Source: a bacterium (GTDB lineage Bacteria; JADJOY01). Taken from it: a stretch of DNA of 64,000 nt. The stretch spans positions 1 through 64,000 of the forward strand of contig JAXLQJ010000038.1 of assembly GCA_046331705.1 (NCBI GenBank), given 5' to 3'. The notes beneath the pieces were generated by a model. It saw only the letters and a program-made list of their open reading frames with translations, searched no databases and had not been told where the DNA came from. The position numbers and the translations under genes are program-made. Below, one piece after another: positions 13,277 through 24,732 of the stretch (the stretch's first letter is position 1; every line of letters starts with the position of its first letter).

Positions 13277-14515
13277 ATGACCATCGACTCCGTCGCTCTC
13301 GTCGTCCCGGTTGCCGCCAGCGGTGCCTTCGCCACGGCCCAATGGGTGATCGCTGGAATCATCGCGATCGGCGTGCTGATCACCTTCCACGAGTTCGGCC
13401 ATTTCATCGTGGCCAAGCTGCTCGGGATCGGCGTGCAGAAGTTCTCCGTCGGCTTCGGCCCGACCATCGTCGGGAAGAAGGTCGGCGAGACCGAGTACGT
13501 GCTGTCGTGGTTTCCGCTCGGCGGCTTCGTGAAGATGGTCGGCGAGCATCTCGGCGACGACGTCGCGCCAGCGGAGCGCGAGCGCTCGTTCCTGGCGCGC
13601 CCTCCCGCGCATCGGCTGGCGGTCGTGTTCGCCGGACCGTTCTTCAACCTGATCTTGGCGGTCTTGTTGTTCGCGGCGGTGTTCTACGTCCGCGGCGAGC
13701 CGATCAAGAACGATCCGGCCTCCACCACGGTCGGTGGCGTGAACCCGGGGATGCCCGCCTACGACGCAGGGCTCGTGATCGGCGACGAGGTCGTCGCGGT
13801 GAACGGCGTGGCGGTTCACGGCTGGGCGGACATGGCGGAGCGGATCCAGGCGACCAAGGGCGAGCCCTTCGTGCTCACGGCGCGCCGCGCGAGCCAGGCG
13901 CTCGATTTCCACCTGCAGGCGCGGCCGTTCGAGAGCAAGGACGAAGCGGGCCAGCCGAAGACGCTCTACTTCGTCGGCATCGAGAACGCCCCGACCGAGT
14001 ACCGCAAGCTCGGTCTCGCGGGCGCCGCGTGGGCGGGCGTGGGCGAGACCCTGCGCTACGCGGTGGCGATCCCGACGATGATCGGCAGCATCGTGACCGG
14101 CAAGGTCTCGCGGCACGACGTGGCTGGGCCGCTCGGCATCGTGAAGATGGCGGGACAGCAGCTCGAGCAGGGATTCCTCCGCTACGTCCACCTGATCGGA
14201 ATCCTGAGCGTCAATCTCGGCCTCTTCAACCTGCTCCCGATCCCGATTCTCGACGGCGGCCAATTCGTTCTGTTCTTCGTCGAGTGGGTGCGCCGCCGCC
14301 CGTTGAGCCTCAAGAAGCAGGAGCTGATCCAGCAGGTCGGCTTCTACTTCCTGATCGGCCTGATGTTCATCGTGATCGTCAACGACGTCGTCAATCAGAT
14401 CCGTGCGGGTCGCAAGCCGCCGGCGCAGCCCGTGCCCTCCTCGTACAGCGCGCCGAGTCCGGAGAGCCCGCCGGGCGTTCCCCACGAACCGCTTCCCGCG
14501 CCGAGCGCTCCTTGA
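13277..14515 (+). CDS. rseP: RIP metalloprotease RseP (M50 plus PDZ)
   Basis: HEFGH, PLGGFVKM, AGPFFN, one PDZ domain, NLLPIPILDGG. Confidence 0.95.
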   Translation: MTIDSVALVVPVAASGAFATAQWVIAGIIAIGVLITFHEFGHFIVAKLLGIGVQKFSVGFGPTIVGKKVGETEYVLSWFPLGGFVKMVGEHLGDDVAPAERERSFLARPPAHRLAVVFAGPFFNLILAVLLFAAVFYVRGEPIKNDPASTTVGGVNPGMPAYDAGLVIGDEVVAVNGVAVHGWADMAERIQATKGEPFVLTARRASQALDFHLQARPFESKDEAGQPKTLYFVGIENAPTEYRKLGLAGAAWAGVGETLRYAVAIPTMIGSIVTGKVSRHDVAGPLGIVKMAGQQLEQGFLRYVHLIGILSVNLGLFNLLPIPILDGGQFVLFFVEWVRRRPLSLKKQELIQQVGFYFLIGLMFIVIVNDVVNQIRAGRKPPAQPVPSSYSAPSPESPPGVPHEPLPAPSAP

Positions 14516-14522
14516 GGAGCTC

Positions 14523-15215
14523 GTGATCCTGGGGATCGACACCGCCACGCGCGTCGTCGCGCTCGGACTCGCCGCCGAAGGCCGCGCGATCGCCGAGCTC
14601 GCCCTCGACGATGCACCGTCGCGGACCCGTACCCTCACGGTGGCGATCGGCGAGCTGCTCGGCGGCGCGGGCGTGTCGCGCGCGGATCTGAGCGCCGTGG
14701 GCGTCGGCGAGGGGCCAGGCTCGTTCACGGGGCTGCGGGTCGGCATCGCGGCCGCGCAGGGACTCGCCTGTGGGCTGGGCATTCCGTGCGTCGGCGTGAG
14801 CACGCTCGAGGCGATCGCGCACAACGCGCCCGCCGATGCGAGCGTCGTCGCGGTGCTCGTCGACGCGGGCCGCGGCGAGGTGTTCCTGGGCGAGCTCGAG
14901 CGCCGCGGCGGGTCGTTGGTTCGGCGGAGCGATCCGCGTGCGCTCAGTCCTGGCCAGGCCGCGGAGGCGATCCCCGACGGTGCCTTCGTGCTCGGCGACG
15001 GGTGGCTCCGCTATCGCAGCGTCCTGGCGCGTCTGCTCGGCGACCGCGTGCGCGTGGCCCCGGACGAGCTCGCGCCGCCGCGCGGCGCGACCGTCGCGGA
15101 GCTCGCCCGTCGGGTGCTGGCGGCGAGCGCCGAGTCGAGCCGCCGCTCGAACGTGGAGGCCACGTACGTGCGCGAGCCGGACGCGCGTCCGTGGACGGCG
15201 TCGTCGGGCGCGTGA
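14523..15215 (+). CDS. tsaB: tRNA threonylcarbamoyladenosine biosynthesis protein TsaB
   Basis: ILGIDTAT, GPGSFTGLRVG, GVSTLEAIA, DAGRGEVF, YVR. Confidence 0.92.
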   Translation: MILGIDTATRVVALGLAAEGRAIAELALDDAPSRTRTLTVAIGELLGGAGVSRADLSAVGVGEGPGSFTGLRVGIAAAQGLACGLGIPCVGVSTLEAIAHNAPADASVVAVLVDAGRGEVFLGELERRGGSLVRRSDPRALSPGQAAEAIPDGAFVLGDGWLRYRSVLARLLGDRVRVAPDELAPPRGATVAELARRVLAASAESSRRSNVEATYVREPDARPWTASSGA

Positions 15216-15255
15216 CTCGCGTGCGATTCGTCGCGCAATCGAGGGCCGAAACGAG

Positions 15256-15284
15256 TTGACACGATCTCGAGACCTGAATAACTT
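15256..15284 (+). promoter_or_regulatory. sigma70-type promoter
   Basis: TTGACA(15256-15261)-N17-TAACTT(15279-15284). Confidence 0.6.
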
Positions 15285-15399
15285 CCGACTCCACCATAAC
15301 TAACCGTGATTGCAGCGAAATAGCTGCGCTGGTCGGTAGGGGCAACGTTCGACTTCTGAGGCCGAAGCCGCTCAGGCACGGAGTCAGCATGGAGCCAGC

Positions 15400-15621
15400 A
15401 TGGAGCAGCGCGATCTCGATCTGATCAACGGACTCCTTCCCACCAATCCCGAGCTCGTGAGCTTGATGAAAGAGCACGAGGAGCTCGAACGAAAGATCAA
15501 TGATCTCGAGCGCAAGCCGTTCTTGACCGAGGACGAGAAGGTCGAGAAGAAGCGGCTTCAGAAGCTCAAGCTTCGAGGACGCGACCGGATCGAGGAGATC
15601 CTCGAGCCGCATCGCAACTGA
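15400..15621 (+). CDS. DUF465/YdcH-family small coiled-coil protein
   Basis: EHEELERKI...LTEDEKVEKKRLQKLKLRGRDRIEEIL; GGAG RBS. Confidence 0.85.
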   Translation: MEQRDLDLINGLLPTNPELVSLMKEHEELERKINDLERKPFLTEDEKVEKKRLQKLKLRGRDRIEEILEPHRN

Positions 15622-15661
15622 ACGCTCTGAAAGGCCCGAACGCTCGGGCCCCTCGGGTTTC

Positions 15662-15697
15662 GGCGGGGTCGGGACCACGTCCCGGGCCCGCCTTTTT
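15662..15697 (+). terminator. intrinsic terminator after the DUF465 gene
   Basis: GGCGGGGTCGGGAC-CAC-GTCCCGGGCCCGCC stem followed by TTTTT. Confidence 0.75.
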
Positions 15698-15792
15698 CGT
15701 CTGCGTTCCGTCCGATCGGAGCCGCAGGCTCGCCAACGATGTTACGTTCGCAGGTCACCGAATGCGCAGCGTTCCTTCGCAGCGCTAGCTGA

Positions 15793-16827
<1,035 letters not shown>

Positions 16828-16848
16828 GGTCGGCCGGGAGGAAGTGCG

Positions 16849-17766
16849 ATGGCGTTGCGGCGTGAGCGGGATTCGGGTCTCAAGGCCGCCTCGCGGCGGC
16901 GCGGCGAACGGCGCGCGCGTGCCGTCGACGTGCGCAAGGGCATCTATCTACTGCCCAACCTCTGCACCTCGATGAGCATCGTGTTCGGCTTCTGGTCGGT
17001 GGTGCTCGCCGCCACCGGCCGGATCGAGCCGGCCGCCTGGAAGATCCTGTGGTGCTTCGTGTTCGATGGCCTGGATGGTCGCATCGCGAGGCTCACGCGG
17101 ACGACCAGCCCGTTCGGAGTGGAATTCGACTCGCTCGCCGACGTCGTGGCGTTCGGCGTCGCGCCGGCTTTCCTGGTCTTCCAATGGGGTCTCAAGGGCT
17201 ACGGGCGTTGGGGCTGGATCGCGGCCTGCGTGTTCCTGGTGGGTGGGGCGGTGCGCTTGGCGCGCTTCAACGTGCAGGTCGGCACGGTGGACTCGAAGCG
17301 TTTCGTCGGGCTGCCGATTCCGCTCGCGGCGAGCGTCCTCGTCACGACGATCCTCCTCGTCGGTGATCTGGGACGGGGGACTCAGCGCGTTCCCATCGTG
17401 CTGGTTCTTCCGCTGGTGCTCGGTTTCCTCATGGTCAGCACGCTGCCGTACCGTTCGTTCAAGGAATTCGACCTCCGCGCGCGCCACCCCATCGGCCTGT
17501 TCTTCGCGATCCTCGCCGTGGTCTTGCTCGCGATCGCGGAGACGCGGATCACGCTCTTCGCGCTGGCGCTGTGCTACGCGGCCTCCGGTCCGATCTCCTG
17601 GTTCCTGGCGAGGATGCGGGCGAATGCCGGCGTCCCGGTCGTGTTGGAAGGGGGCGCGAATCCGCCGACCCTGAAGGTGGTCGAGCGCCTTCGCCCAGCC
17701 GACCACGAGCCGGGAAGGAACGATCGCGAACCCGGCGCAGGCGCCGCCGCGGGAGGCCGGCCATGA
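16849..17766 (+). CDS. pssA: CDP-diacylglycerol--serine O-phosphatidyltransferase
   Basis: KGIYLLPNL, DGLDGRIAR...FGVEFDSLADVVAFGVAP, RLARFN, FVGLPIP. Confidence 0.92.
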   Translation: MALRRERDSGLKAASRRRGERRARAVDVRKGIYLLPNLCTSMSIVFGFWSVVLAATGRIEPAAWKILWCFVFDGLDGRIARLTRTTSPFGVEFDSLADVVAFGVAPAFLVFQWGLKGYGRWGWIAACVFLVGGAVRLARFNVQVGTVDSKRFVGLPIPLAASVLVTTILLVGDLGRGTQRVPIVLVLPLVLGFLMVSTLPYRSFKEFDLRARHPIGLFFAILAVVLLAIAETRITLFALALCYAASGPISWFLARMRANAGVPVVLEGGANPPTLKVVERLRPADHEPGRNDREPGAGAAAGGRP

Positions 17767-19325
17767 ACCCCTCGTCGTCCTCAGATTACGTCCGGATCTT
17801 CGATACCTCGCTCAGAGACGGAGAGCAGGCGCCGGGGTTCGGCATGACCATCGACGAGAAGCTGCGCCTGGCGCGGCAGCTCGAGCGGCTCGGCGTCGAC
17901 GTGATCGAAGCCGGATTTCCGGCGGCATCCGACGGCGACTTCGAGGCGGTGCGGACGGTGGCCAACGAAGTGCGTGGCCCGGTCGTCTGCGGTCTGGCGC
18001 GAGCCAACGACGGTGACGTGGACCGTGCGCTCGCCGCCGTGGAAAGGGCCGCGCATCCCGGGCTGCACACCTTCATCGCCACCAGTGACATCCACCTCCA
18101 TCACAAGCTCAAGATGAGCCGCAGCGAGGTGATCCAGGCGGCGACCCGCGCCGTCGCCCGCGCTCGCGCGCACGTGCCGCACGTCGAGTTTTCCGCCGAG
18201 GACGCCACTCGCTCGGACGTGGACTTCCTGGTGGAGGTCTTCTCGGCGACGATCGCCGCGGGCGCCACCGTCATCAACGTGCCCGACACCGTCGGCTACG
18301 CGATCCCGCACGTCTACGGCGAGCTCATCCGGACGCTCAAGGCGCGCGTCAGCGGGATCGAGAAGGTCGTGATCAGCGCCCATTGCCACGACGACCTCGG
18401 GCTCGCGGTCTCGAACTCGCTGGCGGGAGTCCTGGCGGGCGTGCGGCAGGTCGAGTGCACGATCAACGGCATCGGCGAGCGGGCCGGCAACACCTCGATG
18501 GAGGAGGTGGTGATGGCCTTGCGCACGCGCAAGGACGTCTTCGGCGTGGAGACGCGCATCCACGCCGAGCAGCTCTACCCCGCGAGCCGGCTGCTCACCC
18601 AGATCACTGGCGTGGCGGTGGCGCCCAACAAGGCGATCGTGGGTGCCAACGCGTTCGCGCACGAGGCGGGGATCCACCAGGACGGCGTGCTCAAGGAGAA
18701 GCTGACCTACGAGATCATGACGCCGCAGTCGGTGGGGGTGCTCACGAATCGGCTGGTGCTCGGCAAGCATTCCGGGCGCCACGCCTTTCGCGAGCGGCTC
18801 AAGGAGCTCGGCCACGGCGACCTCACCGAGCCCGAGCTCGAGGCGGCGTTTCGCCGCTTCAAGGCGCTGGGCGATCGGAAGAAGGAGGTCTACGACGAGG
18901 ACCTCGAGGCGATCGTCCAGGCGGAGGGCGCCGAGCGCCGCGCCGAGCGCTATCGGCTCATCTCGCTGTCGGTCATGAGCGGCAGCGACGCGATCCCGAC
19001 GGCGGCCGTGAAGATCGAGATCGGCGGTGAGCTCAAGAGCGACTCCGGGATCGGCGACGGACCGGTGGACGCGGTCTTCCAGACCATCGCGCGCGTGGTC
19101 GGGACCGAGGCCAAGCTGGTGAACTACTCCGTCAACGCCATCACCGGTGGCACGGATGCGCAAGGTGAGGTCTCGGTGCGGCTGGCGATGGACGGGATCA
19201 CCGTCAGCGGCGACGCGGCGGACCCGGACATCATCCTGGCGAGCGCGCGCGCCTACGTGAACGCGCTCAATCGCTTGGAGGACCGTCGGATGCGCGCGGC
19301 GCAGTCTCGCCCGACGGGACCGTGA
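17763..19325 (+). CDS. leuA: 2-isopropylmalate synthase
   Basis: [49 protein letters not shown], regulatory domain GDGPVDA. Confidence 0.96.
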   Translation: MNPSSSSDYVRIFDTSLRDGEQAPGFGMTIDEKLRLARQLERLGVDVIEAGFPAASDGDFEAVRTVANEVRGPVVCGLARANDGDVDRALAAVERAAHPGLHTFIATSDIHLHHKLKMSRSEVIQAATRAVARARAHVPHVEFSAEDATRSDVDFLVEVFSATIAAGATVINVPDTVGYAIPHVYGELIRTLKARVSGIEKVVISAHCHDDLGLAVSNSLAGVLAGVRQVECTINGIGERAGNTSMEEVVMALRTRKDVFGVETRIHAEQLYPASRLLTQITGVAVAPNKAIVGANAFAHEAGIHQDGVLKEKLTYEIMTPQSVGVLTNRLVLGKHSGRHAFRERLKELGHGDLTEPELEAAFRRFKALGDRKKEVYDEDLEAIVQAEGAERRAERYRLISLSVMSGSDAIPTAAVKIEIGGELKSDSGIGDGPVDAVFQTIARVVGTEAKLVNYSVNAITGGTDAQGEVSVRLAMDGITVSGDAADPDIILASARAYVNALNRLEDRRMRAAQSRPTGP

Positions 19326-19398
19326 TCGGTTGGGACCTGGTGTGACGACCTGAGCGACCCGCGAGAAGCGGGCGACGAGAGAGGAAGCGGACGGGCTC

Positions 19399-20430
19399 AT
19401 GGCGATGCGAGCGAGCGGATATCGAGTTGCGGTGATGGGCGCGACCGGCGCCGTCGGCAACGAAATGGTCAAGGTGTTGGAGGAGCGCGAGTTCCCGGTC
19501 GCCACGCTCAAGCTGCTGGCGTCGACCCGTTCCGCGGGCAGCACGATGGAGTTCCGCGGCGCCGAGCTGCGCGTCGAGGAGCTGACCGAGCGGTCCTTCG
19601 AAGGCGTCGAGATCGTGCTCGCCAGCGCGGGAGCGTCGGTGAGCCAGCGCTTCGCACCGGCCGCGGCTGCGGCCGGTGCGGTGATCATCGACAACACCAG
19701 CGCCTTCCGCATGGAAAGCGACGTGCCGCTGGTGGTTCCCGAGGTGAACGCGCACGCGATCGCCGATTATCCGAAGCGTCGCATCATCGCGAACCCGAAC
19801 TGCTCGACCATCCAGATGGTCGTGGCGTTGAAGCCATTGCACGACGCGGCGCGAATCAAGCGGATCATCGTCGACACCTACCAGTCGACTTCCGGCGCGG
19901 GCAAGCGCGCCATGCAGGAGCTCGAGACCCAGACCGCGCAGCGCCTCAACGGGCGCGACGTCGAGCCCAAGATCTTCCCGCACCCGATCGCGTTCAACTG
20001 TCTGCCGCAGATCGATTCCTTCCTGGAGAACGGCTACACGAAGGAAGAGATGAAGATGGTGAACGAGACCCGGAAGATCTTCGAGGATCCGTCGATCCTG
20101 GTGAGCGCCACCACGGTTCGCGTGCCGGTCTTCTTCGGGCACTCGGAGGCCGTCCACGTCGAGACCGAACGCGCCTTGAGCCCGGACCAGGCCCGCGCGC
20201 TGCTCGCGCGTGCGCCGGGGGTCGAGGTCGTCGACGAGCCGGCGGCGAAGCGTTACCCCACCGCCCTCGACGCCGCCGGCACCGATCCGGTCTACGTGGG
20301 ACGCATTCGCAAGGATCTGGCGTTCGAGAACGGCCTCGTCATGTGGATCGTCGCGGACAACATCCGCAAGGGGGCTGCGCTCAACGCCGTCCAGATCGCC
20401 GAGTGTCTGGCGCGCGACTACCTGCGCTGA
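19399..20430 (+). CDS. asd: aspartate-semialdehyde dehydrogenase
   Basis: GATGAVG, VPLVVPEVN, IIANPNCSTIQM, STSGAG, DNIRKGAALNAVQIAE. Confidence 0.97.
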   Translation: MAMRASGYRVAVMGATGAVGNEMVKVLEEREFPVATLKLLASTRSAGSTMEFRGAELRVEELTERSFEGVEIVLASAGASVSQRFAPAAAAAGAVIIDNTSAFRMESDVPLVVPEVNAHAIADYPKRRIIANPNCSTIQMVVALKPLHDAARIKRIIVDTYQSTSGAGKRAMQELETQTAQRLNGRDVEPKIFPHPIAFNCLPQIDSFLENGYTKEEMKMVNETRKIFEDPSILVSATTVRVPVFFGHSEAVHVETERALSPDQARALLARAPGVEVVDEPAAKRYPTALDAAGTDPVYVGRIRKDLAFENGLVMWIVADNIRKGAALNAVQIAECLARDYLR

Positions 20431-20463
20431 GCGTCGCCGTGCCGGTGCCGCGGCGGCTTGCCG

Positions 20464-21309
20464 ATGGGTGAGGGAGCAGGTTCGCCGCCACCCGGCACGG
20501 AGCCGGCGCTCGTCCTGGGGGAGCTGCGTTCCCAGGCTCGCCACCGCAATCTCCGGGCGACGCTGGCCTACGACGGCACGGAGTTCCACGGCTGGCAGAT
20601 CCAGCCCAGCGTGCGAACCGTGCAGGGCGAGATCGTCGCCGCCCTCGAGCGAATCCTCGGCGAAGCGGTTACCGTGATCGGTGCGAGCCGCACCGATGCC
20701 GGTGTGCATGCCGAGGCGCAGGTGATGAGCTTCTCGACGGCATCGAGCATCGGCGTCGAGGAGCTCGCGCGCGCCCTCAACGCGCTCACCGGTGACGATC
20801 TGGTGGTGCGCGACGTGCGGGAGGTCCCGGCCGACTTCCACGCGCGGTTCTCGGTGCTCGGAAAGCGGTATCGTTATCGGGTGCGCAACACCCCACTGCC
20901 GTTACCCTGGGAGCGTCACCACGTGTGGCACGTCCCGCGAGCACTGGATGTCGACGTCCTGCACGGCGAGGCCGCGGCGTTGGTCGGGACCCACGATTTC
21001 TCGAGCTTCCAGGCCGCCGGCTCCGACGTGGCGAGCCCCATCCGGACGCTGCGCCGTTGCGAGGTGCGCGCCGACCGCGGGCTGGTGTCGATGATCTTCG
21101 AGGGGGACGGGTTCCTTCGGCACATGGTTCGGAACATCGTCGGCACGCTCGTCGAGGTGGGGCTGCGTCGGCGCCAGCCGGGCTTCGCGGCGCAGGCGCT
21201 CGCGGCCCGTCACCGCGCGGCAGCGGGCCCGACCGCGCCCGGCCACGGCTTGTGGCTGGAGGAAGTGCTCTATCCCAGCGATTCACACGAGGAGGTGGCT
21301 CGGACATGA
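20464..21309 (+). CDS. truA: tRNA pseudouridine(38-40) synthase TruA
   Basis: YDGTEFHGWQIQ, SRTDAGVHA, FHARFS, GTHDFSSF, GFLRHMVRNIVG; start uncertain. Confidence 0.95.
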   Translation: MGEGAGSPPPGTEPALVLGELRSQARHRNLRATLAYDGTEFHGWQIQPSVRTVQGEIVAALERILGEAVTVIGASRTDAGVHAEAQVMSFSTASSIGVEELARALNALTGDDLVVRDVREVPADFHARFSVLGKRYRYRVRNTPLPLPWERHHVWHVPRALDVDVLHGEAAALVGTHDFSSFQAAGSDVASPIRTLRRCEVRADRGLVSMIFEGDGFLRHMVRNIVGTLVEVGLRRRQPGFAAQALAARHRAAAGPTAPGHGLWLEEVLYPSDSHEEVART

Positions 21310-22463
21310 CGGTGCAGCCCGGCAGCGGGGATCGAGTGCAGCGGCCGGGCGATCCGCCGCTGGATCCGGGACAGGTATTCGACGCCGTGTTGCGCAAGGC
21401 CGTGGAGCTGGGCGCCTCGGACGTCCACATCACGGCGGGAAACCCGTACCGCGTTCGAATCAATGGTCAGATTCGCGCTCTGCAGGGCACGCCGCCGCTC
21501 ACTCCCGCCGATACCGAGGCCATTGCTCGCCGCATCCTGGTGGCGTCGAAGCGCGCGACGCTCGCCGACGTCGAGAACCAGGTGCGTGAGCTTCGCGATC
21601 TGGACTGCTCGTACGGGCTGGCGGGGGCGGGCCGCTTTCGCGTCAACGTCTGCTCGCAGCGCGGCTCGGTCGCGCTGGTGTTGCGCAACATTCCCATGCG
21701 CATCCCGGGCATCGAGGAGCTGGGGCTGCCGGCCGTGCTGAACCAGATCGCCGCCGCCGAACGCGGCTTGGTGCTCGTGACGGGTGTCACGGGCAGCGGC
21801 AAGAGCACGACGATGGCGGCCATGCTCGATCTGATCAATCGCACGCGCAACGTGAAGATCGTGACCATCGAAGACCCGATCGAGTACCTCCACAAGGACG
21901 CGCGCAGCACGGTTCTACAGCGCGAGGTGGGCAGCGACACCGAGAGCTTCGCGAAAGCGATGCGCGCCGCCTTGCGCCAGGATCCCGACGTGGTGATGGT
22001 GGGCGAGATGCGCGACCGCGAGACGATCGACATCGCGCTCAAGGCGGCAGAGACCGGGCACGTGGTGCTCTCGACCCTGCACACCTCCGACGTCGTGAAG
22101 ACCATCCAGCGCGTGATCGGGGCGTACGACCTCTCGGAGGTGGCGGCCGCGCGCCTGCGTTTCGCGGAGAACCTCCAGGCGATCATCTCGCAACGGCTGA
22201 TCCCCCGGGCCGACGGCTCGGGACGACTGCCGGCCGTGGAGGTGATGCGCACCACGCTCGCAATCCGGGAATCGATCATCAGCCCGGAGAAGACCGACCT
22301 GCTGCGCGACCTGATCGAGAAGGGCACCGACCAGTACGGCATGCAGACCTTCGATCAGCACCTCCGGCACCTCTATCACGGCCAGCTCATCAGCTTCGAA
22401 ACCGCCCGCGCCGCCGCCACGAGCCCCGCGGATTTCGAGCGCAGCCTGCACTTCACCACCTGA
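21306..22463 (+). CDS. PilT/PilU-family type IV pilus retraction-type ATPase (paralogue)
   Basis: [65 protein letters not shown] overlap with truA. Confidence 0.9.
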   Translation: MTVQPGSGDRVQRPGDPPLDPGQVFDAVLRKAVELGASDVHITAGNPYRVRINGQIRALQGTPPLTPADTEAIARRILVASKRATLADVENQVRELRDLDCSYGLAGAGRFRVNVCSQRGSVALVLRNIPMRIPGIEELGLPAVLNQIAAAERGLVLVTGVTGSGKSTTMAAMLDLINRTRNVKIVTIEDPIEYLHKDARSTVLQREVGSDTESFAKAMRAALRQDPDVVMVGEMRDRETIDIALKAAETGHVVLSTLHTSDVVKTIQRVIGAYDLSEVAAARLRFAENLQAIISQRLIPRADGSGRLPAVEVMRTTLAIRESIISPEKTDLLRDLIEKGTDQYGMQTFDQHLRHLYHGQLISFETARAAATSPADFERSLHFTT

Positions 22464-22508
22464 GCGTCACGATCGAGCTCGAAGCCGCGTGGAATCGGCC
22501 GAATGGGG

Positions 22509-22537
22509 TTGACAATGACGGTCGCCTCGACCACCCT
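22509..22537 (+). promoter_or_regulatory. putative promoter of rplM-rpsI
   Basis: TTGACA(22509-22514)-N17-CACCCT(22532-22537). Confidence 0.45.
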
Positions 22538-22621
22538 TCACGATTTCCCCGTGGCGCCCGACGGTTCCGCGATCGGCGGACGAGACCTCAAGGCGTCGGA
22601 ATCACTCGAAGAGCGGACGAA

Positions 22622-23053
22622 ATGAAGACGTACAACGCAAAGCCAGGCGAGGTCGAGCGCAAGTGGCTGGTGCTCGATGCCCAGGGCCAGGTGCTGGGAC
22701 GGATTGCCACCAAGGCCGCGACCCTCCTGATGGGCAAGCACAAGCCCGAATACACGCCCCACGTCGACACCGGTGATTTCGTGGTGGTCGTGAACGCGGG
22801 CGGCGTGAAGCTCACGGGGCGCAAGCTCGACCAGAAGACGTACTACCGGCACACCGGGCACCCCGGTGGGATCCGTTCGCGGTCCGCCCGCGAGGTGCTC
22901 GCCAAGCGCCCCGACTGGATGGTGCGCGAGGCCGTCAAGGGAATGCTGCCCAAGAACGTGCTGGGCCGCCGTCTCATCACCAAGCTCAAGGTCTATCCAG
23001 GCGCCGAGCATCCGCATGCTGCCCAGAAGCCAGCCGCGGTGACGCTGGGCTGA
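22622..23053 (+). CDS. rplM: 50S ribosomal protein L13
   Basis: [46 protein letters not shown]. Confidence 0.98.
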   Translation: MKTYNAKPGEVERKWLVLDAQGQVLGRIATKAATLLMGKHKPEYTPHVDTGDFVVVVNAGGVKLTGRKLDQKTYYRHTGHPGGIRSRSAREVLAKRPDWMVREAVKGMLPKNVLGRRLITKLKVYPGAEHPHAAQKPAAVTLG

Positions 23054-23096
23054 ACGGTGTGTTCGGCGACGGACGCACAGCGACGAGAGGTACACG

Positions 23097-23570
23097 GTGA
23101 GTAGCGAAGCGAAGGCAACGGAAGGCGCGGCGCCGGCACCCACGACCGGTCGCAGGATCGTGTCGCGCGGCAAAGAGGCGAACCGGTTCAAGGTGTACGC
23201 GACGGGCAAGCGCAAGACCTCGGTCGCGCGCGTGTGGCTGACGCCAGGCGACGGGACCGTCAAGGTCAACCGGCGCACCTTCGAGGATTACTTCCCGCTC
23301 GAGCCGCGGCGTCTCGCGGTCGTGAAGCCGCTCGAGCTCGCCAACCAGCGCTCGTCGGTCAACGTCAACGCGACGGTGAGCGGCGGCGGGCCGACGGGGC
23401 AAGCGGAGGCCATCCGTCACGGCATCGCCAAGGCGTTGCTCGAGCTCGATCCCGACGTTCGTCCGACGCTCAAGAAGGAAGGGCTGATCCGTCGTGACGC
23501 GCGCATCAAGGAACGCAAGAAGTACGGTCAGAAGAGCGCTCGCGCGCGATTCCAGTTCTCGAAGCGTTGA
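23097..23570 (+). CDS. rpsI: 30S ribosomal protein S9
   Basis: [46 protein letters not shown]. Confidence 0.97.
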   Translation: MSSEAKATEGAAPAPTTGRRIVSRGKEANRFKVYATGKRKTSVARVWLTPGDGTVKVNRRTFEDYFPLEPRRLAVVKPLELANQRSSVNVNATVSGGGPTGQAEAIRHGIAKALLELDPDVRPTLKKEGLIRRDARIKERKKYGQKSARARFQFSKR

Positions 23571-23666
23571 GCCGCGTGCCTGGGGCTCGCGAGCCTCGGC
23601 ACGATTCGGGCGCAGCCCCCTCGGGGCCTGCGCCCGTTTCGCTCCTGGAGCGAACGGGGAGATCCT

Positions 23667-24722
23667 GTGAACACCACCGATCGGATCGGCGTCGCGATCG
23701 CCGGAATCACCGGCTACACGGGCATCGAGCTGGCGCGAATCCTTTCCCGGCACCCGCGCGTCGAGCTCCGCTTCCTCGGGGGGCGTTCCCGCGCAGGTGA
23801 GCCGCTCGAGGCGGGGGCGCCCTCCTTGTCACGGCTGGTGACGGGCGAGGTCGAAGCGGTCGACGCCGAACGGATCGCCGCTCGTGCCGACGTCGCGTTT
23901 CTGGCGCTACCGCACGGAGCCGCGGCGGAGGTCGCGGTGCCCTTGCTCGAGCGCGGCACGATGGTGATCGATCTGAGCGCCGACTTCCGGCTGCGCGACC
24001 CGGAGATCCATCGCGCTTGGTACGGGGAGCACAAGGCCCCAGCGCTGATCGGCACGGCCATCTACGCGATGCCGGAGATCGCGCGGGCGCAGATTCGGGG
24101 AGCGCGCTTCCTGGCGTCGCCCGGCTGCTACCCGACCGCGGCGACCTTGTCTCTCGCGCCGCTGGTCGCGGCGGGATGGATCGACGCCACGGACTTGATC
24201 GTGGACTCCAAGTCGGGTGCCTCCGGTGCCGGCAGGGGCGCGTCGGTCGCCAACTTGTTGGCCGAGACGGGCGAGGCGATCCACGCCTACAACGTGACGC
24301 GGCACCGCCACACGCCGGAGATCGAGATGGCCCTGGGCATGGTGGGCGGCTGCGAGGCGCGCGTGACCTTCACTCCGCACCTGGTGCCGATGAGCCGCGG
24401 GATCCTGTCCACCGCCTACGCGCGGCCACGGGTGCCGCGCAGCGCCGCCGAGGTGCAAGAGCTCTACGAACGGCATTACCGGGACGAGCCGTTCGTGCGC
24501 GTGCTTCCCCAGGATCGACTGCCGGACACCGCCCACGTGCGCGGCTCGAACTTCATCGACATCGCGGTGCGCGTCGACCAGCGGGCGGGTGGGCGCATCA
24601 TCGCCTTGGCGGCGATCGACAATCTGGTGAAGGGCGCTTCCGGGCAAGCCGTTCAGGCGATGAACATCGCCCTCGGCTTCGCCGAGACCTGCGGGCTCGA
24701 TTTCGCGCCGATGTTCCCGTGA
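23667..24722 (+). CDS. argC: N-acetyl-gamma-glutamyl-phosphate reductase
   Basis: GITGYTG, FLALPHG, IDLSADFRL, PGCYPT, SGASGAGR, HRHTPEI, IDNLVKGASGQAVQAMN. Confidence 0.96.
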   Translation: MNTTDRIGVAIAGITGYTGIELARILSRHPRVELRFLGGRSRAGEPLEAGAPSLSRLVTGEVEAVDAERIAARADVAFLALPHGAAAEVAVPLLERGTMVIDLSADFRLRDPEIHRAWYGEHKAPALIGTAIYAMPEIARAQIRGARFLASPGCYPTAATLSLAPLVAAGWIDATDLIVDSKSGASGAGRGASVANLLAETGEAIHAYNVTRHRHTPEIEMALGMVGGCEARVTFTPHLVPMSRGILSTAYARPRVPRSAAEVQELYERHYRDEPFVRVLPQDRLPDTAHVRGSNFIDIAVRVDQRAGGRIIALAAIDNLVKGASGQAVQAMNIALGFAETCGLDFAPMFP

Positions 24723-24732
24723 ACGATCTCGC

